Shown here piece after piece: positions 46,865 through 59,496 of a DNA stretch of 64,000 nt. The stretch lies in assembly GCA_965644495.1 (NCBI GenBank), contig CBFFSA010000001.1, positions 1,860,001 to 1,924,000 on the forward strand, read 5' to 3'. Under the pieces are notes generated by a model. That model was not told the DNA's origin, ran no database searches, and saw only the letters and a program-made list of their open reading frames with translations. The translations under genes and the position numbers were made by a program. Origin of the DNA: Perkinsela sp. CCAP 1560/9. Lineage: Eukaryota; Protista; Euglenozoa: Kinetoplastea. How positions within the stretch are numbered: the first letter of the stretch is position 1; each line of letters opens with the position of its first letter.

Positions 46865-47779
46865 GCCAACAGTCGTTTAATAAATTTCAACCTTGAATAG
46901 TTGTTCTATTGTATTTAGACCTATACTCGACTTTACACTTAGTATTCCCCCTATTTAGTGTTTAGATTTTTCTTTAGATTCCTTCTAGATTCCCTCGAGA
47001 AAACATTGCTCTCTCGATGTCATCACTTACTTGAGGGGCTGCTGGTTTCGAGGTTTCACGAGCTTTCGCGAAGCTTGACCAGGGATTTATCATGTTCTCA
47101 ACGTTTCGTGAGGTTTCAGCGAGGTTTCGCGAAGTTTTCAAGCTACACGGTCAGCTCAATGTAAAATATTTGCCGTACGAATTGGAAAATTTTTCTTTTT
47201 TAGTTGCTTCGTTAAACGCGGCGGTTGTTTTCAACTTAGAAGTCACTCAAAGGAAAGGTAATTGTGGGAGAAGGGGAAGCCGAGAGAGGGAAGCACACTC
47301 ACTCCAGGGGAATGAGTCGGGAAGGGGTGAAGGGGTGGTTCCCCTGCTTCAACAATAGAGAGGGACAGTTTAGGCCTCAGTGCTGGCCGGCAACGGGCAT
47401 AAAAATTCAGTAAGAGTATGCTCGTTGCCGGGGAAAGAGGGGATGTACTAAAGAAAAAGTACCAGCAAGGTACAGAAATTGTAACTTGCATGTCAGACCT
47501 AGCCTTTATAGAAGCTGTGTACCCACAGGCCTTTCATTCGTAGGCCTTACTCAAATTGAAAAACCATATTTTGCCTCACGGGCGAGGGTCTATGGTAGTA
47601 TATTAGATTATATTAGTATATTATACATGTATAGGTAGGTCTACGGTACTATATTATGTAGTTCCGCGAAGCCTATTTATCTACACACCTGTATCTATCA
47701 AGGTGAGTAGAGTGTACTTTTAGAGTACGTCCAGTCTTTAGTCAGTTAATGCAACCTCTTCTATTGTAAAGTTTACGCC

Positions 47780-48664
47780 ATGCATACTTTATTCGGTATA
47801 GACGACGGCACTGATCTACGACGGGGTAAGGTGACTGCTCTACTACTCCCCCAAGAAGATATGCTGGAACGCTTCGTTTCAAACGTAACAGAAAAGGATA
47901 AGTCTTGGCGTACGACAAAGAAAAATATGTTTGGCCGTGTCAAACGCGTTTCCCCGTGTAATTGGCGGGGTTTTTCCTGCAATGAGAAACAGCAAGTCGA
48001 AGACATAAATTTCAGCATCATTGGCCAGAAAAAATTTACAGGTTCGCTACAGTGGGAATATCTGCCCCCCACGATATTATCTTGCAACGTCGGAGGTCAG
48101 AGCTTCACAGGTTCTGTGTTGCTCGATGGACTACCGCCTCGGATGATTAAACTCGATGTATCATACAACGAATTCACTGGTGAGTTATGTTGCACTCGTC
48201 TTCCTGATACACTGACATGTCTCATGTTGGGCAACAACGATTTTGAAGGAAGTGTCGATTTGACGCAGTTCCCTGCAGGAGTAACGGTAATACAACTGTA
48301 CAATAATCAATTTACCGGATCCTTGAATTTGCAGCACTTGCCGCAAGGAATGAGTGGGATAGGCATATCGATCAACAACTTTTCCGGTCGACTCGATTTG
48401 CAACATTTGCCGCAAGCACTGTTTTCTCTGTATTGTGATCGAAATCTTTTTTCAGGTTTGGTGGCGTTTGATAATCTTCCTCCGCAGTTAAGGTACATTA
48501 ACTTAAGGGGTAACAAAGATCTTTTTGGGGTGCTTGACGAATCAGTTTTGACGAATCCTATATTGCAGGTCCAAATACAAGGCACCGGCATTCAGGTTAA
48601 AAGAAAGCCTTGTGGGTTGGGGTACGACTTGCTTACTGGACATCCGGACTCAGATGACTGGTAA
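47780..48664 (+). CDS. LRR family protein (paralogue 7, 7 repeats)
   Basis: 294 aa; RRGKVTALLLPQE cap, CNWRGFSC and seven repeats. Confidence 0.9.
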   Translation: MHTLFGIDDGTDLRRGKVTALLLPQEDMLERFVSNVTEKDKSWRTTKKNMFGRVKRVSPCNWRGFSCNEKQQVEDINFSIIGQKKFTGSLQWEYLPPTILSCNVGGQSFTGSVLLDGLPPRMIKLDVSYNEFTGELCCTRLPDTLTCLMLGNNDFEGSVDLTQFPAGVTVIQLYNNQFTGSLNLQHLPQGMSGIGISINNFSGRLDLQHLPQALFSLYCDRNLFSGLVAFDNLPPQLRYINLRGNKDLFGVLDESVLTNPILQVQIQGTGIQVKRKPCGLGYDLLTGHPDSDDW

Positions 48665-48923
48665 TTGCCTTTGGACGATAGTGATGGTAAATGGGGAAAG
48701 AGTAAATTTTCAGAATAGGCGCCGTGGAAATCCAAGACACCTTGGAAATCATTTACCTTTATTACGACTTCGTCATCAGAGTTATCTACCGTAAGTACCT
48801 TACCGGTGTTGTGTCGCTTGTTGCGTTATACTGCTTCACCTTCTGTGCAATCACTTTCACCTCTTGTAAAGTACTTAATACTGTACAAAGCACAATAAAC
48901 CTCCCGCGCGTCCAAGAGATATA

Positions 48924-49666
48924 CAGGGGCGTTTGTTGATCTTGCCCCCTCCTGGGAAAATTTAATTTTTTTATCCATTTTTTCTCATCTTTGCAGCATT
49001 GAAGAGATCTCGTTCCCCTAGCGAAGAACTTTGCCGCCTTTTTTTCATAGAGACCCCCTGGTGCCCTGTCGGTGATTCGAAAGTTGGCAAAAAACAGAAA
49101 TTTTGGATTTTTAATCATATTCAGAAAAAGTAACACCAACCAAAAAAATATATTTAAAAATGCTTATCCTAGAAGAAAACCACAACGAATCAATAACCAG
49201 AATGTCCTCCATTGTTTTGCAGTACTTTTCGAAGCCTATTGGGAACCGAATCAATGGAGTTTAACACTTTTTGTTTCTCAGGGGATCCTTTTAGGAAGGA
49301 AAAAGCTTTTTTAATGGCTTGTGCAAGGGTGGCGTGATCGTGAGGCTTAATTTTGTTTTTTATAATTTTATCCTTTTGTCCCCAAACATTTTCAATAGGA
49401 TTTAGATCAGGCGAGTTTGGCGGCCAAGATAGAAATTTTATATTATTTCTTCTTAATTCGGCCTTCGCCATATTGTGGGTCGTGGCGTTGTCCATTTGGA
49501 CCGTGACATCCCTCAAATGATGTTTGAGGTAAGCTAAAAAGCCGTTCGGTTTTTGAAACGCCTCAAGAATCACTTCCCCAGAGACCTTGTGTGTGTTATC
49601 ATAACTTGTGCGGTCATTAGGCTCAAAAACATGCAAAAAAAAGCCATGCTGAACGCTTATTCCCAT
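48924..49666 (-). mobile_element. Tc1-like element, 3' half plus end (DD32E)
   Basis: QMDNATTH...WPPNSPDLNPIENVW...NGGHSGY. End TA|CAGGGGCG near 48924. Confidence 0.8.
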
Positions 49667-51468
49667 CCTAATTCTATCCTAATTTTATCCTAATTCTATG
49701 GAAGGAATTGCCTTACCTTGCCTTCTAACCTTCTACAGTCTCTCACTGTGTGTCTACAACGACGGGAAACGAACCACATTCCGAAGTAGCTATGTAGCGA
49801 GCCACCGAATACGACGGAGGATTGTATTCTGAGGGTGGTTGTGAGGCTTCAGCCCCGCTGCTTGATTCACTTTGTCGAGAAGCGGTCCGCTGGCTGTAGA
49901 TCTTCAGCCCCGTTACTTGCGTCACTTCGATGAGAAGCGGATGAGAAGATGACTCTGGCGCCATTGCTGGCGAACGCGAGACTGCTTCCCCGAAACAGAG
50001 CGCCACATACTGTCGACAAAGCTGCCCACTTCACCTTGGCAACGGGGAGCAAAGAGAGGGTCTTTTTGAAGGTACGCTTCAAGGGCAGCAGTGGCCTCTC
50101 CAGGGACGTATGCGCTCCGGGGGCAGACGCTCAGAAGCAGATGGCCCCGGCGGTCAAACAAGTGGAACAGGACGCGAGTCACGATGCACGAGGTCAACTC
50201 AATGCCACACACAGAGCGTGCAACATGTAGGAAGTTGTCCATCGTACGTGACAGGCACCTTGCGATCTCATCCGTTATCTCCGCATTGCTTATTTCCAGA
50301 CGTGGTTTAGAGAAAACGTCGGGCCTTTTCGTAAAAAACAGGACCGTCGAAGCCTTGATGACATCGAAGAGTTTGTCTTCGGCACTTGGCTCAGCATCAA
50401 GAACAATCAATCGCTCTTGTAATGTATTATCACTCTCGATAGATATGCAAAATAAAATTGTATAACTGTATCAAAAGTTGGGAGAACGTTTGATTCCCCC
50501 AATTTTTCTCCCAATTTACTTTTTTGGGAGAAAATTTAACAGGAACAAAAAAACACTGTCGATAGTAAGAAAGGTGAAAAAGAGTCAGACAAAGAAACAT
50601 TGGAAAATATCGCTAGAAGTGTACACCGAATTTCATTTTCCACATAAAAATAATACCGTCCCCCCTATTTACTATTTAGTACCCCGCCCCCTCTATTTAG
50701 TGTTTAATTTCAAAGCTTCGTAGAAAGGCGCCGATTTCTTTTGTACAACCCCGTTCACGAAAACTGGGATCAACTTCGAAAGAGCATACCATATTTCAGG
50801 CATACTCAGATTACCACAGAGAACACCGAAAAAATAGTGCTGAAGGAAATGGACCATTGTCGCCTGGGTTAGACGCAAATCTTTTAGAAGCGGTACGCGA
50901 AATAAAGGGTCTTAACTCCGATATATCGCGCGGAGCTGATGACGATATCAACTTTGACTCTTTGTCCCCTGAAAAGGAAGCACCCATTCCACAATTAATT
51001 TCAGGTCCAAGTGACGAACAATTCAAGTCCTTGGAGAAAAAAATCAATGCCAAGGATGCAATTATCAAGAGGCTGCGTAACAAACTCCGCAAGACTAAAC
51101 GAAAGGTTAGAACTCTTGAAAAGCGTGGAACTAAGAGTGTGGGGGAATTCATGGAGGCCGAAACGCGGAGAACAGAAATATAACTCAAAGTACAATTTTT
51201 AAAGCAGGATAATGCAAACGGAGTGTCAGGATTAAACGCGTTTCAGTAATTTAATAAACGAGAGGCTAAAAACAAGGCAGCAGTAAGTGAACCATCAGGT
51301 GGTTCGTTTCGAAGGTTTTCGAATGTAGTTTCGACATCAACGAACACGGCGCCGTGCAGACTTTCAGGAATTTTTACCCATTCTTTTTGGTCCCACTCCC
51401 AGAAAAAAAAGGTATTCCAGAACACCTGCGGGTGGGGTTGGGAGACCGTTTATCGCCTTTTTGAGGTG

Positions 51469-52298
51469 CTACCACACGTTTCCAATGGGATAAAGATCGG
51501 GAGACTGCGGAGGCCACTCAAGAAGCGTGTACGATTCATCAGCAAAGAAGCTCTTTGCCAATTTTCTCGTATGCTTCAGATCGTTGTTCTGTTGAAAAAT
51601 CATGAAATTTTTCTTTAGACCAAGACCTTCGAGAGAGTCTTCAAGATTCTCGCGAAGAATGCGAACGTATTGCTCTGCATTCATGTTCCCATCGAACGAT
51701 CTTTCCCACACCCGTAGGTGCCATACAGCTCCATAGCATGATAGAGCCTCCCCCGGACTGCACTGTCCCACGAGTGGTCCGCTCACTGAAATCTTCTCCC
51801 GGAAACTTGTAAACGTAGGTATCCCCAACATTCTCGAAACGACAAAGTTTCGTCTGATCCTACCATAGCGCCCTGGACCAATCTGCGAAGGTCCAATGGT
51901 GGTGTTGGGTGGCGAACTTCAATTTCGATTTATCTTGTCGGCATGTCAGCTTCGGTTTCTTGGAACGCTTACGGGCTCGCAGCCCCTTCGAGCGCAGTGC
52001 TTTGCGAACTGACTGGGGATAAATGAACAATGCGTTCTTCATGAAGCCGTCGGCCTACAGTACCGGCATTCTTCTCTTCATCACATATTATGAGACGTTT
52101 TATTCGTGGGGAGCATGTGTCTGTGATCTTACACGGACGTCCACCTTTTGATTTAACGGTATGAGAAAGATGTGCTTTCCTAATTTTCGAAACAAACCCC
52201 ACGCTGAGTCTGTGCTCGCCCGCAACTTCGCGAACATTTTTTTCAATTTTAAGAGATTCAATTATTCGGGTACATGCTTCACCGGAGATTGATTTCAT
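51469..52298 (-). pseudogene. Canonical Tc1 (DD34E-spacing) transposase, decayed
   Basis: GGRPCKIT, RKRSKKPKLT, HWTFADWS and FQQNNDLKH...EWPPQSPDLYPI, spread over three frames. Confidence 0.85.
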
Positions 52299-52329
52299 AG
52301 AAAATAAGCCTTAGGACTAAACGTTTTTA

Positions 52330-53289
52330 ATGTAATACAATAAAATGAAATCAACCGAAGTTGACACGCCGCCAAAAACCTTTTTTTACCATTCGCGCTA
52401 CCTTGACGATATTTTCTTGGAAAGAGACAAGTTTCGCCTGCTGCGCATTTATGAAATTTTGTTTCCTCATTGTGCTTTGCCACCTCCGAAATCGAATCCA
52501 ATAGGTAATAGTGTTTTTAAATGCAGCCCCGTTTACTGAAATTTTATTTTCGTCATCATCTTTGTTGGGAAATTCGTGTAAAAAAAAGACGTATTTTATG
52601 CTCACCCCCATCCACATCATAATACCATCACCCCCACGCACACTTTTCCTGCTCTCCTAGGTGCTCTTTGGGGGGATCCGCTTTGCGGCAAAGGTAGGTA
52701 ATCTTTTGTCGCCCCACGCAAGTAAACTTCTTCTCGTCCGTTCATATAATGGACTCGAGATCACGAGAGGTCCACTCCGACAGCTCGCAGCACCGCTCAA
52801 CTCATTTCTGCTTGTGAGCAGCCGTAAGTGCTGGTTGCCTTCACGCTTTAAAGTGCGCGTGATCGAGCGTCGGGAACAATGAAACCCTACGGACTGAAGG
52901 GGTAACACGAGGTTCGACGTTGGAAAAAGAGCCAGTTTCCTCATATTTCTTTACGAGGAGGATCCTATGCGAGGCTTTTATTTGTCCACAAGGACTGTAA
53001 CAGCCCATGCCACGTTTCTGTACCTTCCTGTTGTTTGAAAATGCTCTTTTGTGGGCCATAGAACGAAAAGGAGAACAGAATGAAGAAGAAAGAACGAAAA
53101 CGTGGCCTAACTTCAGAATTTCCCACTTTGAAACATCATGATTTTTTTTAACTTTTTAAAAACGCGGGAAACGCATTATCACATTACACGTAACTCTGCG
53201 AGAGCTCTTGAACGCGGTACTAGTTTCCAAAATTGGCAAAGTTATACGCATTTTGACGCCCCCCCCCCACATTTTCGTACCCACCCCTG
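52330..53289 (-). mobile_element. Tc1-like element family A, decayed
   Basis: MAHKRAFSNNRKVQKRG is homologous to 801-1010; RGGDGIMMW also present. End ...CCCACCCCTG|TA at ~53289. Confidence 0.75.
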
Positions 53290-53388
53290 TATATTTCATT
53301 TTGGCGCAAAGTCGTGCAATTGTTTTTCGTATTTTATTGGGAAAAACTCGTACTAGTATTTCGCTACACAAAATTCTACCTTCTGCAT

Positions 53389-54210
53389 ATGCCGCTAACT
53401 GCAGAGATCATTTCAAAGGATATTGCCGAGAGTACTCGCAAGGGTAGAGTACGAGGAGCTAATTTACCACAAGAGTACGAACTTTCGCGATTCATTCAAA
53501 ATATAGCAAATCCACATCCGTCGTGGAACACGTCCACGCCTGCATGTGACTGGAGCAACGTGTATTGTGACGTCGAGTTACACGTAAAGAAGATTTATTG
53601 GAGACGAATGAAATTGGCAGGGTTACTTCAATGGAACTATCTATGTCGCACAACACGCGAATTTACGACAGTCCAAAACGATCTTAGTGGAGGTGTACCA
53701 CTCGATACATTGCCATCCCCCATGACTGAATTCGTCGTAAATGCCAATGCATTTTCAGGAGAATTGGATCTGTCGCATTTACCCATTGACATGGATACAC
53801 TTACAGTGAGCGACAACAATTTTAAGGGTTCTGTGGACCTGACCCACTTGCCTCCCACATTAGCATGTCTGTGGATTAGTACCAATCAATTTTCTGGGAA
53901 GGTTGATCTCGCAATGTTACCATCAAGCATGGGACGTTTGAGTATGTCATACAACTGTTTTACGGGACCACTTGATCTGCAACATTTGCCCTCATCGTTG
54001 AAGTATTTTGAGTGTCGGAAAAATAGATTCAGTGGTCTCGTGCTGTTTGATCGTCTTCCTATAGGATTACATCATCTGAATGTGGAAGATAATTCTGCTC
54101 TGTTCGGTGAAGTGCGCCACTCAATTCTGCCGAAAACTTTGAGAAACGTGTACGCGTCCGGCACGAATATATCCTCAGACACACGTTATTATTATAACTA
54201 TAACTTATAG
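53389..54210 (+). CDS. LRR family protein (paralogue 8, 7 repeats)
   Basis: ATG at 53389; RKGRVRGANLPQEYEL...HPSWNTSTPACDWSNVYCD cap. Confidence 0.9.
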   Translation: MPLTAEIISKDIAESTRKGRVRGANLPQEYELSRFIQNIANPHPSWNTSTPACDWSNVYCDVELHVKKIYWRRMKLAGLLQWNYLCRTTREFTTVQNDLSGGVPLDTLPSPMTEFVVNANAFSGELDLSHLPIDMDTLTVSDNNFKGSVDLTHLPPTLACLWISTNQFSGKVDLAMLPSSMGRLSMSYNCFTGPLDLQHLPSSLKYFECRKNRFSGLVLFDRLPIGLHHLNVEDNSALFGEVRHSILPKTLRNVYASGTNISSDTRYYYNYNL

Positions 54211-54821
54211 CGGTTTCCGGGTCTGGCAAGCTAAATAACTTTTTTATTGAATCGGAGATTTCTCTCAAACATTGTGGAGCGACTCTTAAACATTGTTTGA
54301 GTATTTGGGCAAAGTCTACTCCCTCTGTCGTTAATCATTAACGACTTATTAATAATAATGATAGTCTAAAAAAATATTATGCATGGTGAAAACTTCTAAA
54401 AATAAATTTCACGTAAACAGTATTTTCTTAAATTTTCTTGAGTCAAAAGCGACTTTTTCACAAAAATCTATTTATTTTGAACAATCGTAAAGAATTTTCG
54501 AGTTTTAAATCGTTTTTCAAGGCTATTATATTATAATGATCATCATAAAAAAATGATAATAATAATCTGAAAATCAGTATCATTCTTGAAGTTTCTTATT
54601 CTCTTTATTAATAGCAGGGACAGTACCTAAGTTGCGCAAGGAAAACATCATGATTTTTAAATTGGTAGAATTATCGTGACTTCCTCACATGTATCGTGCC
54701 GCAGGGCGTTTTTTCCTTTTATAAACTATACTCGCATTTTGCGCTTATTCGCTGTTAAAATCGAGCTGTAACAAAACGGTCTAGCACTATCACGAAAGGC
54801 ATAATAATAAATTTTATAATC

Positions 54822-55610
54822 ATGCGCGTTTCATCGAACGACACCGGGGAACCCTGTAAAAAACGCAGAAAGCAAAGCGAATGTGATCCCTCATTGATTC
54901 CCGGAACGGATATTAAGCAACCTATCCGCTCTTCTGTACGAGCTGCTAAAGTGTTTAATTTACCTCAAGAGTACGAACTCGCGCGTCTCACACAAGACAT
55001 GAACTATCCGCACAGCTCGTGGAATGCAAGTACCCCGGCGTGCGAGTGGGATGGTGTGATGTGTGATGACAAATACAAAGTTGTGGTAATCGACTGGAAA
55101 ACGCGTTTCCTGACAGGAATGCTACACCTTGAGCATCTCCCGCGTTCGACATTGAACTTCGTAGCGCACGAAAATAAATTAAATGGGACGGCAATTCTTG
55201 ATAATCTCCCGTGCGTGCTCCGTAGGATGAGCCTCTATCGGAACCATCTAGATGGAGAGTTAAATTTGACTGCTCTTCCACAGGCCATGCGAGAGTTGTA
55301 TTTGCAACGCAACGAATTTACGGGCGGCATAAATCTTTGTTCCCTTCCTACGGAGATGAATTATCTGGAACTTTCTCATAATCTCTTATTCGGGACCCCC
55401 GATCTGACCAAACTTCCTTTTAACATTAAATTTTTAAGTTTGAGCCACAATAATTTTTCGGGAGAAATAAACTTAACCCGACTGCCACGTTATATGCAAC
55501 GACTAGACTTCGAGAATAACTCTGACTTAAGAGGGGAGGGAAAGTGGTCGTTCATGCCGTTGCGTTTAGGTTGTTGCTACAGCGGCACACAGGTCACTAT
55601 TTTAGATTAA
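54822..55610 (+). CDS. LRR family protein (paralogue 9, 6 repeats, N-terminal NLS-like KKRRK)
   Basis: 262 aa; PCKKRRKQ, then KVFNLPQEYEL...PACEWDGVMCD cap. Confidence 0.9.
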   Translation: MRVSSNDTGEPCKKRRKQSECDPSLIPGTDIKQPIRSSVRAAKVFNLPQEYELARLTQDMNYPHSSWNASTPACEWDGVMCDDKYKVVVIDWKTRFLTGMLHLEHLPRSTLNFVAHENKLNGTAILDNLPCVLRRMSLYRNHLDGELNLTALPQAMRELYLQRNEFTGGINLCSLPTEMNYLELSHNLLFGTPDLTKLPFNIKFLSLSHNNFSGEINLTRLPRYMQRLDFENNSDLRGEGKWSFMPLRLGCCYSGTQVTILD

Positions 55611-55954
55611 ACGTGAGATACACTAGCATAGCAATGCTAAACGAATTTTAGATTCTAACTGCAGATTAGTAGCTACATTATTGCTGTGGTTGTATAACTA
55701 CCGTTCTACCCTCGATTATTGAAAAACAAAAGTAAACTAAAACAGTGAAAATAAGAGGAACACAGTAATATATTATAATACAGGGGGGTACGCAACTGTG
55801 GTGATCGACAGAATATGCACAGTTGGTAGTTAACGTAGAATTCTGCGCGTTCTACGTAGAAATTCTACGTAGAGACTTAGATTTTTTTACCTAGATAGCA
55901 GTCATCAATTCTTTGATCGAATGATTAGGATTTGGCCTGAAACTATATTTCTAA

Positions 55955-56162
55955 ATCCAGGCATAAAGGGGCGAGGAAGATACGAAGCAACAGATTGACC
56001 AGATTCCCACAGTAAAGCAATCGCATCTCCCTGCACGAAGTTGACTCCAAGCAAGCAAGCGCATAGGTGGCCAATTCTCGTGCAGGGAGATACGATTTGT
56101 TTTCAAGCGGGAATCTGCTACATCTGTTGCTTTGCATCTCCCTCACCCCTTTATACCTGGAT
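55955..56162. mobile_element. Foldback MITE, same family as 3636-3838
   Basis: atccaggcataaagggg...cccctttatacctggat arms, with the same central gttgactccaagcaagc loop. Confidence 0.75.
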
Positions 56163-56507
56163 TTACATTATTTATGTAATTTATTTAGGTACATATATCG
56201 TACTTGTCTCCCTCACCCCTGTATGCCTTATTTCGGAGCGTGTTCCTCCGTTACGGGCCATTTTGAACGATGCAGGCTGGTGACCTCTTTTTTAAGGTTC
56301 CGTCCACGCGCGCCCACACGATGCAGCGGAGTTGGACGCCCAGCCTGGTAGCTTCTGTTGGGTAGCCGTGCTGGGCAGCAAGGCATCGAGTACCGTCTGG
56401 GGAGGGGGTATCAAGATAATGAGGGTTGGTGGCCTTAGACTCTACCCTAACGGATGGCGCTGCAGAGCCCTCCATGTTTCTTTTCAGAATCTAAAAAAAA
56501 ATAGAAT

Positions 56508-56921
56508 CTAGAGAAGTATCGATCCAAGGGTATTCACCATGGTATCCGGGATTAGCTGACCAGGCTTTACCCATTCAAGACCATTTTCCTCATCTGTAAT
56601 GGACGAATACATTTTTGTTTCATGCGGTGAATTTTCACTTGTGCGTATCCTTCTCTTTCCCGAGAGAAGTCTTGAGTACTTCTTTTCCGGGATGTATTTC
56701 TCATTTTCTACCGTCTGATTCATATCTTCTATAAACTTTACAACATCGGGATTCGGGCGCAGTTTTTCGAAGTAATCAAAGCTTCCTTGATGGCTCTGGG
56801 GAAGCGGTCATAACTGATGCGCAAGTTTGACCCGTGTTAAAGCAACGTAGACCGTGGCATGTGATAGCATTTTGCTATGGTAGCTCGTGGGTCCGTGATT
56901 TAGATCAATGCACACGTTTTC
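56508..56921 (-). pseudogene. PIF1/Helitron-type helicase C-terminal fragment
   Basis: ENVCIDL...SHATVYVALTRVK (SF1 helicase motif VI region), one TGA, then in frame with ORF 56508-56723. Confidence 0.6.
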
Positions 56922-56923
56922 AG

Positions 56924-57361
56924 TCAGCGTAGCCCCTTGTACCTTATGTATTGTATATGTATTGTATCATATACTTCCCTATTGGTACCTTTTTGACCCA
57001 TGCCTTTGTGAATAAGATATGGAGGCAAACGGAATACTCTATTGCTTCCAAAAAAGAATACTCTATTGCTTCCCACACCAACCAATAGAGTAGCACATCG
57101 TTTTAGATCGCTGGGATCCATGTCAACGATCACATCCTTATCGTCGTTTTCAGAAATAGTTCGTATTTTACCCATTTTTCCAGACAGGGATACAGGAATC
57201 TCGTCAAAATTAATGAAGAATTGAATGCTATCGCTTTTTAGTACGTGATATAAAAACTGAAGCATTTTTTGAGCCCCACTTTTCAGAGCATCAGGTTCTT
57301 TTCTTGTATGCTTCTTTACGTACTTCAATTTATACCCCGACCGTTTAGCAAATTTTTGCAC
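56924..57361 (-). pseudogene. pogo-like transposase fragment
   Basis: FINFDEIPV and LPPYLIHKG motifs. Confidence 0.6.
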
Positions 57362-58659
57362 GAATGAGCGAGAAATTTCTGCTTTATCATGACAAAGTCG
57401 ACGGAGCTCCCCGTCAGACTGAAGTTTGCCATTGGCTTCTTCTTCAACAAGAGCGACATCTACGAACTTATGATTTTTCCGATTCCACTACAACCAATTC
57501 CGCAGATATTCTTTTAAAGATTTGGTCTTACATTTAGACCCACTATTGGCAAATGATTAAAAATTACTTCGAAATTTGTTAAGATAGAATTTCTAAATGT
57601 ACATTAGTAGCATCTAAGGGGCACCTTGAAGGCTGCGGTCATAAAGAACTTAAGTGATAACTCAGGTGTTACCGCTGTAGAAGTGTACTCTGACGTCCAA
57701 AGTGATTTTGCATGCGATTTCAAAGATCACGAGAAATGTCACAACGATTTTCCTACTCCCTTACACCCCCGAGTAAGAGATCCCCCATTATTTGTACTAA
57801 CCAACATGCACGAATTGCGCGGAACTTGTTAGTGAGCGTACTGTGCACCTTTTAACAAATCTTCGTATTCAGATTGACACTAATTCACTAAATCACGCAG
57901 AGCTTTCAACATCTGCTGATGTCGATAGTCTTCTGTACTTGAGCCCACGGCTCTGCGCTGCTTTGTCAAGTTAGTAAAATCAAAATTGCTTATGTCAAAT
58001 GTGCAAGCGTGCGCGCTGCAACTCGCTCCATAAATAAGTGAGGAGCCGGAAATGCGTACCGGTTGTTTCATGGAGAAAAACAGCATGTACGCGTCCTCGG
58101 GAGAGGAAAGTACGTTGGCTGACGAAGTGTAATTTAAAGAATCAAAACACATGGTTGACGTTGGTGATAAAACAGTAGAACGAGAAGAGAAAGACACCAC
58201 AAATTTGCAATTGCCATCTTTTACTTCACTAAAATGTTACGAGACAAAGACTAGTTCGCCAGATCTCATACATCGTATTTGAGGGGGTCTACGGAATCAC
58301 ACGAATCTAACGTGAAGTTAACGAAAATTGGCTGGATGGGCACCTATTGACTGACCACAATTCACTCAACGTTGCTCAGCAACCCGGGGGTCGGATTACC
58401 GTTTAAATGCGGATCACCTTTCCAATTGCACATTACCGTTACGTTATCTATAGTTATGTTATCTATAATACTAAATTTTCGAATATCCTTTAGAAAACGC
58501 TCTACCTGCAACCGTAGAATCTGTGCCAAGCACAAAAAGAAGAAAAACTTTATACCCTAACTGTTCACCCCATTTTAGGGCTTGTAAGAGGGCAAAACAC
58601 TCTGTTACTTAATAATACCGCGTGAAGTATTTTTATGACGTGTGTCATATCTGTTGGGT

Positions 58660-58995
58660 TTATCGATTTCTCGTCCCGATCGCGTATTTCCCCAAAGTGA
58701 CGTTGAATTTTCGATACTCTTCCCAAGAATTTGCCTGCATTCCAATGATAGCCGCCACATGGCGTAAAAATCCTATGACCTTGAATAAATTACGCGGCGT
58801 GTTGTCCGGTGTCATGTGCGTGTTGCACAGCCACTGATCAACCACTGCGGGATCGGCACGCCACGATAGTTTTCCTTGTTTCTGGGAAATTTATATGCCA
58901 CAATATACGAATCGACAGGTGCTCTTTTCGAGTGTAATGTATTTTGGCTGCGTTTCCAGCAGTCCAAAGTTTCGTACGAGACGTTTTTTTCCATT
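58660..58995 (-). pseudogene. Second, heavily decayed YR-retrotransposon RT fragment
   Basis: NTPRNLFKVIGFLRHVAAIIG aligns with ITPRILFQFCGYVRHVSAILG of ORF 10602-11528; DSYIVA matches DSFLIV. Confidence 0.5.
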
Positions 58996-59496
58996 TATAG
59001 AGGGTTTGCCCATTTGGCCAATTGTACAGCGCCTAAATGTCGACGTCCATCATTGACGATAAGCACGCCAATTTCTGTACCATTAAACGAGCCTCGTCTA
59101 GGGTGATACATGGGGGGATCCACTCTAAAGCGCCAACGGACAATACCACAACCGTGGTGCATTCGCCTAGTGCTTGATCCGTACCCCCATCTGGGTCGTT
59201 CAAACGCCAAAGATTCGTCGATCATATTCGTCAATCGAATCTAATATTTTCTCCCACAACACATGAGATATTTCAACGATGTCATTTTCCAATGGCCTCA
59301 CAGTTTTCGGGATTTCCCTTCGCATGACTACACTTACGGGATCAGGACGAACCTCTTCGAATGAGGAAACAAACGAATGGCCACGGAAAGAGGAATGTTC
59401 GTTCTCACAATCGCAGCGAAACACACCCTCCGGACTCACGAAAAATGGAGCAAAAAACCGAATTTGTGTCCAAAAGTTAACTCTGATGGCAAAGAA

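Noticed and set aside
50857-51183. Coiled-coil ORF as a functional gene
   Set aside because: No in-frame ATG at the 5' end, stops on both sides, and wedged between TE fragments.
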